A stretch of DNA of 62,162 nt, the filler included, from Ionaspis alba (taxonomy: Eukaryota): assembly GCA_964255285.1 (NCBI GenBank). It is 7 parts of 7 records of this genome, joined end to end, with 100 filler letters (N's around TTAATTAATTAA, not from the genome) between each part and the next. Parts side by side here need not be neighbours in the genome. Positions count along the whole stretch, not along the records: positions 35,662 to 44,446 come from CAXUUL010000704.1; positions 44,547 to 53,314 come from CAXUUL010000705.1; 5 more parts are not named here. One strand, written 5' to 3'. Numbering within the stretch: the first letter of the stretch is position 1; the number at the start of each line of letters is the position of its first letter. Shown here one piece after another: positions 35,683-47,574 of this stretch. Under the pieces are notes generated by a model that saw only the letters and a program-made list of their open reading frames with translations, ran no database searches and was not told the DNA's origin. The position numbers and the translations under genes are program-made.

Positions 35683-38600
35683 TCAACGAACTGATTCGAC
35701 CTGTGGGCCGAGTTGATCGCATTTCTCAATGAAACCAGCACAAATCTTGAGATTTTGTGCACTGCTTAGGGCCTTTGTAATCGTGGCCTCATTTTTCTCA
35801 TGGACCAGTCGTCGGAACGCACTGACAAGGAAGGCTGACACGAGTTGAACAGACCAAGAATCGGGAATTTGAGCCAGAACATACGAGACGTCAAACCACG
35901 GACTGAAACGCTCGAGTAGCTGGCTACTCCTCTCCAATCGATCACTAGCATCCTCGATACGGAGAAATTCGTGGAGAAGGTGCCGGAATAGGATCATCTG
36001 TTCTTCGTTCGATGGGACAGAGGCAGGTTCGAGCAGGCCAGATGTAGGATGAAAGATGCTTGAGCCGCCGAGTAGACAGTAATTGATCGCCGTATGATAG
36101 TCGCCGAGGCCATGTGTCAGAAGGCGGAGTGCTTGTTGATGCCGTCCTTGTCTTCCGTCAAGGATAATCGATTCCGGGACCAGAGCATTTTCGAAAGGCT
36201 CAATGCGCTCCTGTATCTTAGCGACATCGTAAGAGAAACCAGCACCGTGGCTACCGCCGAGGAGTTCCAGCAGCCGTAGCCGGTCATGCCACCAAGTCGC
36301 TTCTATAGCATTATCAATGATGAACTGGCGATAGGTTGGCTTTGGGGGGTGTAGCGCTCGGTATGATTCGTAGGACTGAGTAAGAGTTGAGCGAGCATCC
36401 TCGGACGATTGGAGAACAGTAAGGACATTGTCAAGATAGTAGGATATAAGTCGGTCGGCATACTGAATGCTCTTTTTACCAAATACCAAATGCTCCAGGT
36501 AGACCTTAACCGCGTCCGGTGCCCGGAGCTGCAAAAGCTCGACCACTTGATGGGGTGGCAACTTTGCTCTGCTGTTGTTGTCTGTGAAAACTTGTACGCC
36601 AAGAAAAGGATTCCGTCTTGCAAGCCAGGTCCCGTACTCTTCGATGAGTGTCAAATCCTTGATCTTGACGAGATATTTGCGAACTTCGTTTTCCCCGTCC
36701 CTGAGTTCTCCGCCATCGTCAATCTCACCATCGATGATTCGTCGCCAGGTAGCGAGCACCTTTCCGGTCATCTTTCGGCTCTGGTAGAGCCGGCTGAGCA
36801 CATACAGCCGATGAAACTGTTCTAGAAGTTGAACAGCTCGTTCAAAACAGTCGACATCGTGATCAACAACGGAGTATAGTTCGGCACGTACAGAAGATCC
36901 TCCCGGAGCGAGCAAAGTTTGTTGATCCTGGTAAAGTAGAATGTGGAGCAGGGCTGCGTCCACTGTGGAGAAAACTTGTGCTTCATCCGCGATACTACCG
37001 AACCCTTTGCGTTGGCGCCAAACCCCAAGATACCGCTTGATCAAGCTAAGAATGTCGTACTCTTCGGGCCTCGACAGGACCTCGTCGGGCTCTAAATTTA
37101 CAGAAGTTGTTGCTAGTTGGCGTTCCATAAGGCTGATCAAACCTGCATGGATCCAGATACCTTTGGGTCCCTCGACAATATCCGGACGAAGTAGCGGTAC
37201 CATTGAAAGAATCACTCGAGGGTCAAGGGCTCCTTCCACAAACAATTTCTCGGTGATGTGCTGGTTGACATCAACTCGATTTGCTGCCAGATCCGCGAAG
37301 AGAATTATGCAGATCTTTTGACGAATGTACTGAAGACTCAGAAATTCTGTCTCCGTCCCTGCCTCTTGGTTTTTGATGCCCCTCAGTATCCTGACAAGCT
37401 GCCCTTGGTCGAGCCTGGACTCAAACGAAGCATCAAGCACATGGTCCACCATGGCATCCAATCTGAGAGCTAAAGGATTTCTCACTACCCATTGCACACA
37501 AGCTCCCTGCCAAGTCACCACTTGGCTGTTTTGTCGTCCCAGCTGACCTGCGAACTTGGCCTCTTGTTGGCTTCTGGTCTCTTCCCACTCTTGGAGTGGC
37601 TCAACAGGTTCTGTGCTGCTCTGACCAGACTTTGCTTCACTAGGTTGAGAGACGCTCGCAGGATACGGCATTCGGAGACGCTTAAATTCGATTCGACCAC
37701 CAACCTCAGTGAAGCTCACCTCAGTAGCTGTAGTTGTTGTGCTCAATCCCGCATGTAAATAGGGTTCTGAAGAGGATGTCACCTTGAAGGGTAACCAACC
37801 TCTGTCATCCTCAGTATTGGAGTCCCACCTCTGGATTTCTAGACCGATGATGTGCCCTTCGCTTTCTGATCGCTTGACCACAGCAAGTACGTATCCATTC
37901 TCAACACGATCAGTGAAATCTCTGTCCGCAGATGTTGTCGTCGCTCCTCCATCTACGACAATTGCGTTCGGATAGGAGCTAAACTCTAATGTTCCACGAA
38001 CCACATCACCATCGCAGTTGACAAATATTCCGACACCAGGCTCATCCAAAGAAGTGCCGGTTGTAAGAAGAAATTCAGTCGACAAGTGTGAATTGATATG
38101 AGGTGCCAAAGGTAAAGGACGTTGTGAAGGCAGCGATTGTAGTAAAGAGCTTTCTCGTTGAGGAAAAAGAGTTGCATCCACCGATTGCGGCCTTCTGGTA
38201 GGACTCCCACCATCAGGTCTTCGGTACTTCGGCGAACTAGCTAGCTGGGGAGAAGGACTTCCAGGTCTGCCTTCGGGAGTCGATACGACTGGCCTATCTC
38301 GACTTATTGATCTTGAATCGACGTGCCGCTGACCCATCTTTCCAACCATGCCACCCAAGCTCGTGCTTCTACTATGGCCACCGACGTCATCATGGTCGAA
38401 TGGGGTGTTGGAGTCTACGGTAGACAAAGCCTTCGTGTCGGTTTGATGGCTGATGCCAGTCCTGACGCTCTCTGGCTGAGCTCCGGTCGTGACCCCTAGT
38501 GTATCGTTGACTGATGATATCGGGAAAAGAGGTATCTTTTGCTGATTTTCAACATCAAGCAAAGCGTAAGATTGCGAGTCTGCGACACATGCGAATCTGC

Positions 38601-39250
38601 TCCTCCTCACTGCAGCTAGGCAGCCAGGATATTCAATATTCTTTACCAACCTCGGTTGTGGATCGTTCCCGAGTCGTATCAATCTGATCCTACTTTTCAC
38701 GCAGACCATCAGAACTTCTGAGATGTTGGTGTCGTGCTCTCTGATATCCAGGTCTCTCCCTCCGATCCAAGTACAGCCAGAGATCTTGGTTCCCCCATAC
38801 GCAGGGCTCAATTCCGGTAAGCTGTAGAAGGTCACAACACCATTGCAAAGAATACAAGCTCGATTGATTCGAGGCAAAATGAGTATCTGCTGTACACCTG
38901 TTTGTGCGTCGGAGGATGAAGAGGTTCGTGTTGAAGGTGGCTCAAGTCGGGAGGCCAAGATGAATGTAACCTGCTGTTGACTTCCTGCAATCTCTTCTGG
39001 CAGAGAGACAAAGTGTAGGATTTCCCCAGCCGATGTCCCGATGTAAAGATTGGCCTCTACAGTAGCAGGTTAGAGCTCATGGGGACAAGCCTCTCATAAT
39101 CAAATGCCTCTTACCCCAATAATCAACGCACGTTATTCGAGTATTTGTTGTATCACCGTCCACGCAAAGGGGAACGTCTTCGATCAATGGCTTCAAGGTA
39201 TAAGGTGCCGTCGAAGCTGTGGCCTGCCAGTTCCGCCTCTGCGAAGCCAT
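35683..39250 (-). CDS. Vps3/TGFBRAP1/Vps39-family vesicle-tethering protein (CNH domain)
   Basis: ITCVDYW|..NLYIGTSAGEILHF, EFLLTTGT..EPGVGIFVN.DGD..RGTLEF and GRHQQALRLL..LGDY..A..YC. Confidence 0.85.
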
Positions 39251-39608
39251 AGTCGGCCTCACGTCGAGCAAATGAATCGATTTCGGATCTGGTACCCTTG
39301 GAGCGGAGGGCCAGTCTTGAGAGTCGACTCAACTCCGGCATCGTTTGAATGTTCTCGAATTGGTAGAGTTGTGTAATCCCGGAATCGTTGCTAGGTAGCT
39401 TCCTGGAGACGAAATGCGGAGGCGAAGGCGGAGCTCACTCCGCCGCTTACCACCCCGGGCGACAAAGGAACAACGTCGCTACAACTCCACGTGAACGGGC
39501 AACTAAAACGAACGAGTAACCTAGCGACACTCCTTCCCCAGGAAATCCTCATCAATGCGTGGCGGATTTCGAACACAATCTGACACGAATGACGGACGAC
39601 CAAACCCT

Positions 39609-42094
39609 ATGGACATCTCGGCTGCATCAGAGGGCAGAGCTTCTGAGGAGATTGAGCGAAGGGATGGGTCCACACAAGCCAACAATGCACTTGGTATAGC
39701 CTCCAACGGAGAGGTAGGGTCGCAGAGGGACGAACATCAGTTCCAAACTGCGATTTCCGCCTGGCGAAGTAAGATGCTCAGCCGATATCGCCAAATTAAG
39801 CTGATGGTTCCGGTAAAGGCATCGACTTGGGCAATTTGGTCCAACACCTTGACTCCACAGCATCTGATATAGTCGCCAACCAGCGCGATTCCCTCGTGCA
39901 ACGCAAAGACCTCGCCCAGAAGACCAAAGACTTCCGAAAGCTTGATGATGCCGAAAAGCTGGCAGAGTACAAGGGCTTATTGAAATGTATGGCCCAGCTT
40001 ACAAGGCAAGGAAGCTACTAATTCTCTATGGTAGCCTATCAGACATTTATTGATCTTCTCACAACTCATGGGAAGACGACGTCGTCAGCATTTTTACAGT
40101 TATATTCTACATTGTCCGAAGCTCCCGATCCTTACCCTCTACTCGAAGCTTCGGTCGACTCATTATTGATCTCCGAGGACACTCTTCCAAGAATCACAGC
40201 GGAGAATGAGCACCTCCAAAACGCTGTCAGCAGTCTCACGTACGACCTCGAAGAATCCGAACGAAAGTTAGAGGAGGAACGTAGAGCTCGAAGAGAATTA
40301 GAGGAGATAAGAGATTCAAAGGCTAAAGAAATTGAGGCTTCTTGGAAAGCCGTGCTGGATGAGAAAAAAGACAATTGGGAAGCCAAAGAGAGGGGCTTGG
40401 AAGACAAACTCGAGAGCCAAGAGCGACTGCTGACCGAGTTTAAAGCCAGCTTTGAGGTTTCCCAACGCTTGGGACACGATAAGGATAGTCAAGATCGTGG
40501 ACACCAGATATCTGGCAGCGCAGCCGAGCTCGAGATTGTCAGCTCAGATCTCGAACGAACAAGTCATCGCCTGGCAGAAGTTGAAGCGAGAAACGAGCAG
40601 CTTCGGATTGAGCTGGCACAAGCCTTGTCGAATGCGCCGAGACGAGAACCGGCAGAAGAAGGTCCTGCTTTCGCAAGACTACGGACTGAGAATGGGTCAC
40701 TCTTGAGAAAGCTGGATTCAGCTCGCTTTGAGAAGGACGCTGAATCACGGAGATGGGAAGCACGTATGCGGACTTTAGAGCGTGAGACGCAAACGTTGCA
40801 GTACGACAGGGAAGAGCTCCGCAAAAGGGTCCAGCAATGGCAGGACTATCCGGATATCAAGCGAGAGCTGGAGGTTTTCAAGGTGATTGTCAAGGTCTGG
40901 ACCTAGCGAGATCGTGCTGACCACACCGTCCAGGCCATTGAATTCTCCACTGGTGATGACGAGGAGATAGTGTCAAGTCCTTCGAACGCTGCCACACCGG
41001 AGAAAACGAGTCACAGACGAAGCTCGAGTCATGCCAATGGCACTGTTGGCACTAATCGGAAAGACACACTTGAGCAATTACTTCTGGCGAAGAACAAGAA
41101 GTTAAGCAGTGAAATGGTCGGCTTGAGAGTGTCTCATCAAGAGCTGCAACGTGAACTAGATTTGCTTCGGGAAACAATATCGAGTACGAACGCAGAGCTT
41201 GAACGAGCTCACAATTTGAATGCGACATTGGAAAACGACTTGGTGACTCTCCAACAGGAAGCGTCCAACTCGTTTCCAATGTCCGCCAAGTCAACGACCT
41301 CCCGGTACCCTAATTCAGCGGGATACGGCTCAACTCCGTTTTCGAGCCGTACGAGAAGGGCATCACCAACCTCGTCTATCATTTCCGGATTCGAGCACCA
41401 GAGCAGTCCGTTGGACTCGATGGAAGCTATCCGAGCCGGGGAGCCTGTCGGTGGTGGCTCTGGTATCTTGCCGATGGTGCAGGCGCAAAGAGATCGCTTC
41501 AAGCAGAAGAATTCCAAGCTGGAAGAAGAGCTTTCCAAGCAGTACAACGCGGTATCATCATTGCGGCAGGAGGTAGCATCGCTGCAGAAGGACAACTTGA
41601 ACCTCTATGAGAAAACACGATACGTATCGACCTACAACCGCAATCAACAGGCCTCTTCGGCGTCAGCGTATTCGCACAATCCCCAGTCGACCACGATCCA
41701 GATGTCTCCGGACTCATCCTCCGGCCTGACCATGGATCGTTATCGATCGGCCTACGAAGCGAACCTTTCGCCGTTCGCTGCATTCCGCGGGCGCGAGGCA
41801 ACACGGGCGTACAAGCGGATGAGTCTGCCGGAGCGGATCGTCTTCTCCGTCACGAGACTGGTCTTGGCAAACCGTACCTCGCGCAACCTCTTCGCGGCGT
41901 ATTGCGTAGCATTGCACGTGCTGATCTTTGTGATGCTATACTGGATGCAGACCGCAGACATTGTCAAGCATGCTAGTCATCTCGGGGAAGCCGTCAAAGC
42001 TGCCGGATCGGCAATAGGCGATAATCGGTCTGGAGAAGACCTACAACATGGAGAGTGGCATCAAGAAGGATTGCATGGTGGTCGGCCAGTTTGA
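39609..42094 (+). CDS. COY1: CASP-family golgin, multi-exon
   Basis: RKDLAQKTKDFRKL, APDPYPLLE, coiled coils, ILPMVQAQRDRFKQKN, DNLNLYEKTRY and a C-terminal TM helix with Y..ALH. Confidence 0.92.
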
Positions 42095-42746
42095 ATAATC
42101 AAGGGGAGGGGCACATGAATTAGTATCGCAGCTCTTTCACTCTTTAGTAATACCATCTGTCCCGGTGGATATAGACTAGCATTTCGATACCCAACAATTC
42201 AATTGATTTAACTAGCAACTTACATATCAGCTGGACGGTTTGTAGCTGCCGACTCGGATGTGGGGAATGGACACAAAAGAAAGAACATCTTTGTCTGCGT
42301 GGAAGACCAGTGTCTGCTAGGTAGAGGGAGGATGGCCGACTCAGGCTACGGTATCTACCAGAGAAGAGGAGTTTGCCAACTGGCGCTCGACCACGTGGAA
42401 AGGTCGCGCTTATGGAGAACGACGGATAGCCAGTTGTGGTGGTCTTGGTCAACCAACTGGCGACGTGGTACTACTGGCTAGCTGGATTATTATAATAGAA
42501 GTCGAAGAATCTGAGTGAGTGGGACGATGATGAGGCAGGGGGTGACGACCATCCTCCTGTTCATTTGTCCCTCCAAGCGCCTTGGTGGAGCAGAGTCTGA
42601 AGCGGTCGTGTGCATAAGTGCCGGGATGACGGATCGGTTAAGAGATTGGGGGGTGGGGAGGGGCAAGGCACCCTTGCTGAGCTTGCAGAGTAGCTAGTTG
42701 GCGACCTATTGATCTTGGGGTGGCTTTAGGTTGTGGCCTTCGGTGG

Positions 42747-42783
42747 AGCCAGCCAGCCAGCCGGCCAGCCATCAGCCATCCAT
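42747..42783 (+). repeat. Short imperfect (AGCC)n microsatellite
   Basis: agccagccagccagccggccagccatcagccatccat. Confidence 0.6.
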
Positions 42784-43636
42784 AATCAACTAGGAGGCCG
42801 GTCTCCGAAAAGGTCGTTTGGTTCGGGAGTGCAGGAGAAATAGTGTGTGTTTATGTGTTTCTGCATACCGGAAACGTGTCGAGTCTTCATCGAAAGCCAG
42901 AAACAAGCAGATCCAGCCAGAGTAGTACACTGCCTCCCCTTATTCTAACAGCCATTTCCGTGCTGGCGAGCACCAGACGCGCGGTATCATCTTGGAGATC
43001 TCGTGCCCAGTCCATGCTGTAGAGGGACCAAATTACGGAGCAGGTAGTACCTAGCACCCAGTAGATACCCACTATCATTGTCTGTTGTGTTCTGTACATC
43101 CCACTTCTGTGGAGAAGGTATTTTGAGCCTCCAAGGCGGTCCTTGTTTCTTGTTGGCTAGAACGTCGAACCGCCCGCGGTCCCTCTAGCTCCCGCTCCCG
43201 CGTCCTGCCTTGGAACCAATCATTTCACCCACCATCTCACGAAGCGCCAGAGACTCTGACCTTCCCTACCCAATTGTTCCACCAAAGCCAGCAGATGCTA
43301 GCAAGGCTTCCCTACAAGCTCGACCTCCAGGCGTTTTGTTTTTAGACCCTCCACGAACCGTCGACCGTTTAGGTGGTTGACAGCTCGAAGCTCAGAATAG
43401 CAACACCGAGCCGCTGTCGAATTTTCAAGATTCGCACAACCGTGCCGTTGAAGATATAACATGGACTTCTGCACCATGGCTTGTGGCTCTATCTTGATCT
43501 GCTCCGTCGCACCTTCAGATTCCTCTTTCTCAAGGCCACTCAAGGGGTCTCCAACTGTGGTGCCAACCTTCTTCCTCTACACACCATAGTCTTGGAGTCT
43601 GTGGTCACAGACTTCAACTGCTCCTAGTCCGCCATC

Positions 43637-44317
43637 ATGCGCTCCATCCTCGTCCTCCTCACCACCCTCTCCCTCACAAACGCCTTACCACGACCGGCTC
43701 TCAACCTCCCCTCCTCCTTCCTCGTCCTCCGGAAACCCACAAGCATACTAGTCGAACAATGCGACCTCTCCAAAGCCGTTCAACCAATCGCACCCACTCC
43801 CTTGCCTGCACCTTCTAGTGGTCTCGTCCTCAGCCACGTCGCCATCGGTCGAGGCACCCAGAACTACACCTGCGCAGACTCCAGCTCAGCAACGATCCCT
43901 GCTGCCAACGGCGCCCTCGCAACACTTTTCAATGCATCATGCGTCGCTGCCTCCTACCCGACGGTCCTCGACGGTCTTCCCAATCGCGCCTTTAAGGTCT
44001 CCCTCGACGAGATCCCGTCGGATTATACGCAATCCGGCCACCACTTCTTTGTCGATCGCACCACACCGCGGTTCGACATGCTAGCGCTCGGATTCGTGGA
44101 GACGAAGAAGGTGGCCAGCAGTCCAGCGCCGAAGAATAAGAGCGGCGATGTGGCATGGCTCAAGTTGGAGCACACAGTAGCAGATGCAATTGGAGGTATT
44201 GGTGAAGTCTATCGGCTGAACACGATGGGAGGTTCGCCACCAGCAACATGCAGTGGCATGCCCAAGGCCTTTGAGGTCCAGTACGCGGCTGAGTACTGGT
44301 TCTATTCGGCGTCGTGA
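43637..44317 (+). CDS. Secreted DUF3455-family protein
   Basis: Signal peptide, HVAIGRGTQNYTC, GHHFF, VAWLKL, VYRLNTMGGSPP.TC and YAAEYWFY. Confidence 0.9.
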   Translation: MRSILVLLTTLSLTNALPRPALNLPSSFLVLRKPTSILVEQCDLSKAVQPIAPTPLPAPSSGLVLSHVAIGRGTQNYTCADSSSATIPAANGALATLFNASCVAASYPTVLDGLPNRAFKVSLDEIPSDYTQSGHHFFVDRTTPRFDMLALGFVETKKVASSPAPKNKSGDVAWLKLEHTVADAIGGIGEVYRLNTMGGSPPATCSGMPKAFEVQYAAEYWFYSAS

Positions 44318-44446
44318 CGATCTATCCAATGGCGTTCGGGAGAATGGATGATTCAATCCCTAGGGTCGGGTTTCTCATGGGGATGCTTGGATTTTTGGGG
44401 CGGGCTTCCTATGACTATATTTTCCTCCATATACATTACCTACAAA

Positions 44447-44546
44447 NNNNNNNNNNNNNNNNNNNNNNNNNNNNNNNNNNNNNNNNNNNNTTAATTAATT
44501 AANNNNNNNNNNNNNNNNNNNNNNNNNNNNNNNNNNNNNNNNNNNN
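44447..44546. other. Artificial scaffold linker
   Basis: N44-TTAATTAATTAA-N44. Confidence 0.98.
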
Positions 44547-44997
44547 ACGAGTGGATACTTTCACATGGCAAAAGCATGCTCTTTCGCTGTACGTGGTCTA
44601 TTAGCTGTCAAGTCACGACGCTAAAAGAGTGCTTGTTTATTTCCTGCGCCATGGGATCGAGCTGCAAGTCTCCGTCACGGGTGTCCATTCACGTCTCCTT
44701 TCGCATTCAAGCACCAAAAGAAGATGTTATGAAATTTCTGCATTATTCGATGGTGCACTCTGTTCTGTAAACCGGAGTACTCTCCACTCCTCCGAAGACG
44801 CCCAAATACCAACCCTAAATCGCGTTGCCCAAAACAAATTTCCAAGTCACGTGGTAGACAAATGCATATAAAAAAAAACCAAGCGAGCCCTTGTTGCTGA
44901 GTATTCAAGGTCCATTTTATGTACTCCACAAGACTTCTAAGAAAACGACAATATCAAGCTACCTCTTCTTCAACCGTAGCGAAGGTCCGCTTCGCTT

Positions 44998-45352
44998 TCA
45001 AACCACTCCTTTCGCTTCCCTTCTCACTCCCGTGGTACCACGTTGTATCGCCGTAGTCGTTCCGCCAGTGGTCGAAGAACCGCCACGAGCAGTCATAGGA
45101 GGACATTGACGACAAGGTGTTTGCGTGAAGCCACGGCCAGAGCAAGATCGACAGGGCTGGCCATTCCTGCTCAAATTAGCCAAATGGCAAGACAACCACC
45201 CCGCTAACGGAGTCGAGGAAACAAGAGTCCCACCTGCCAGGGCTGCCTGCGCAGCTAGAACATGTCGCAATTGCACTGCCGCCGACGCAGGTACGGTGGT
45301 GGTTCGGATCTCCGGAAAGAGCAGGGGCAGCGCGTGCTTGAACGGTCGCCAT
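44998..45352 (-). CDS. Small (95 aa) protein with a DnaJ-like CxxCxG(xG) zinc finger
   Basis: Removing intron 45167-45233 (GTGGGA..GCTAAT..CAG) gives MATVQ..HHRTCVGG..TCSSCAGSPGRNGQPCRSCSGRGFTQTPCRQCPP..*. Confidence 0.7.
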
Positions 45353-47574
45353 GGTTCGTTCGTTCGTTCGTAGTGGATGGGTGGAGAATTCAATTGACAG
45401 CGCTAGATAGGCAGAGAGAGATACAGAGCTAGAGAAATCCGGGGGGTGAGAGCAACGCTAATGTCCGCCAAGGAAGGTCTGAGTGTGTGACAGAGCTGGA
45501 AAGTAGCCTGTGAATATCGAGACCGCAGCGACGAAGGGAAAAATAGGCGACGAGATGTCCAGCCTTTATACCCTAAGGCCCCGCAGCATCGGCAGCAGCA
45601 CCAGCAGCGCAAAACCCTGCAGGTCCGACCCACGGCATCACGATATTGGCATTTCTTGCTTATTGACCGAATCACTGATCCCCACCTCGGACCGACTCGT
45701 AAAGGGTCAGCCATCGCAACTCGTACCCTTTGCGAGGCCCCTCTCGCTGCTCGCGTCCAGTGAATACCCCGAGCACCTACATATAGGCCGCGTACGCTAC
45801 TTAAGTCCGAAGGCCCAATACAGAGGGGAATGTCCGTCTCGTACGGGTGAGAATTTTGCACCGTACACCCCTCCCCTATTCCTCTGCAGCATGGGCCGCT
45901 TTCTTCACCGCCATGGAGAGCTGACAGCGCGCGAGAGCTGCGGGACGTGAAACCCCAAGAACTGCGGTGGATCGGTGTAACGAGGGTCCAGCGATCTAAA
46001 TCTCTGCTGCAGGATCGGGAGAGTAGGTTTGGTAAAGATTAATCAGACCGCAGGTATGGGTCAGGATTGGCCAGAGTTGTGTTCGGAGGTTGGTGCGAAT
46101 TGGTGGGTGAGGACCGCGTGGATTGACATGATTGCCCTCGCTCCATCCCTCTTTGTATAGACTGAACTAAGCTGCGCGAGATGCCGAGCGAGCGGCGATT
46201 GGGTCGCCATGTGCGTTCGGGGGCCACAGCTTTGGAGCCGTTGGCCACATTGCTACACGAGTTGTGCGACGTTGGAGTCGTGCTTCGGCTCTTCAGCAGA
46301 GGCCTTATCGTCTGGAGGCAGAGGCTTTCGTGAGACACGATGGTGGGTCTCCCAGCTCGGATCTGAACCGAGTTGGTGGCTTCCACCAAGTGCATGCAAT
46401 GGAGAAAGCGAAGCGAGTTTTTAATAGTGTCCTGTATAACGCGGGCGTTGCAAGCGTGCTGTCAGAGATAACAGGTCTCTTCCTTTCTCGCCCCCCTTAA
46501 AGCTTGGACGAAGGTGGCGGCCATGCGTCCGCTGGGTTCTGTTTTCTGTCTCTAATTCTTCTTGCGAGTCAGTGATTGTCACTGGAAAGCCACCAGAACA
46601 CCCTTTACGAATCTAGGGTCATCATTGGAGAAAAGGCTGTGACGAACCGAGGTGGTACACGAAAGTAATCAATAATTCAGTGCGTTTATTGAACTCGTCT
46701 TCGCACATTGGTAACACAGAACTATATTCCTTTTGAGGGCGTTCTGCCCCGTCGGCGACCCCTATGAACGGCGCAATAGTTGTCACGAGCTGTGATGTTG
46801 TTGATAAGGATGCTATGGGAGGGGGGAAATGTTTGGATTCTTCCACACCCATATGTAGGTGCGCACTGATCAACTGGGGTACCATTACATCATCTGCTGT
46901 GTCGAGAGTGGTGTTTGCAACGGGCTTGAAGATTGGTGCTAGCGATATGCAGTCATGTCAGTGAGACTAACAGTCCAGTCGCACAAGATTGTGACACCAG
47001 GATACGCGGTATTTCTGCCATTTTGATCAGCCGTGCATGAAGAGGGTGCACTCAAGCTTCCTTCTCCTGGACCTGGCCTGCAATGGTTCGAGGTACTTCA
47101 TAGTTAGATCACGAACATACGAGAGACTGTTTCGTCACTGTGCTATCAGGAACATTTGAATTGGATCCTAGGTATCAATCAAAGCATGTTACAAGAAGAG
47201 ATTGGTATTTGATTGGTACTTAGCTACTAAGCAGAGAATTCCTTCGAAACTGGAGAGCCAACTTGTACCGATGACCCAAATACCGCGTTTGCTAACCCAA
47301 TTGGGAAAGCTACTGTCCTGCCCGAAAGTATCGCCAGACAGTATAGCATGAAAATATCGTCCATTCGTGTTCCGGACCGAGATGTAGCTCCAGTCTATAC
47401 CTCCCGACACGTCACGCCAAGGTTAAGCCCTGATTGTCCGCCTTTACTCCCAATGTTGTCTTCATTCAATCTCCGATCCATCGATTGTGCCATATCGTCC
47501 TAACGCCAAGCAGAAGAATTTCATAGTATTCGTGCAACATCAATCGCAACCTCTACTAGGTCAAGTGACGCCCT

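Noticed and set aside
31038..42094. Many antisense or overlapping ORFs in the track
   Set aside because: Shadows of long GC-balanced coding regions with no independent motifs.
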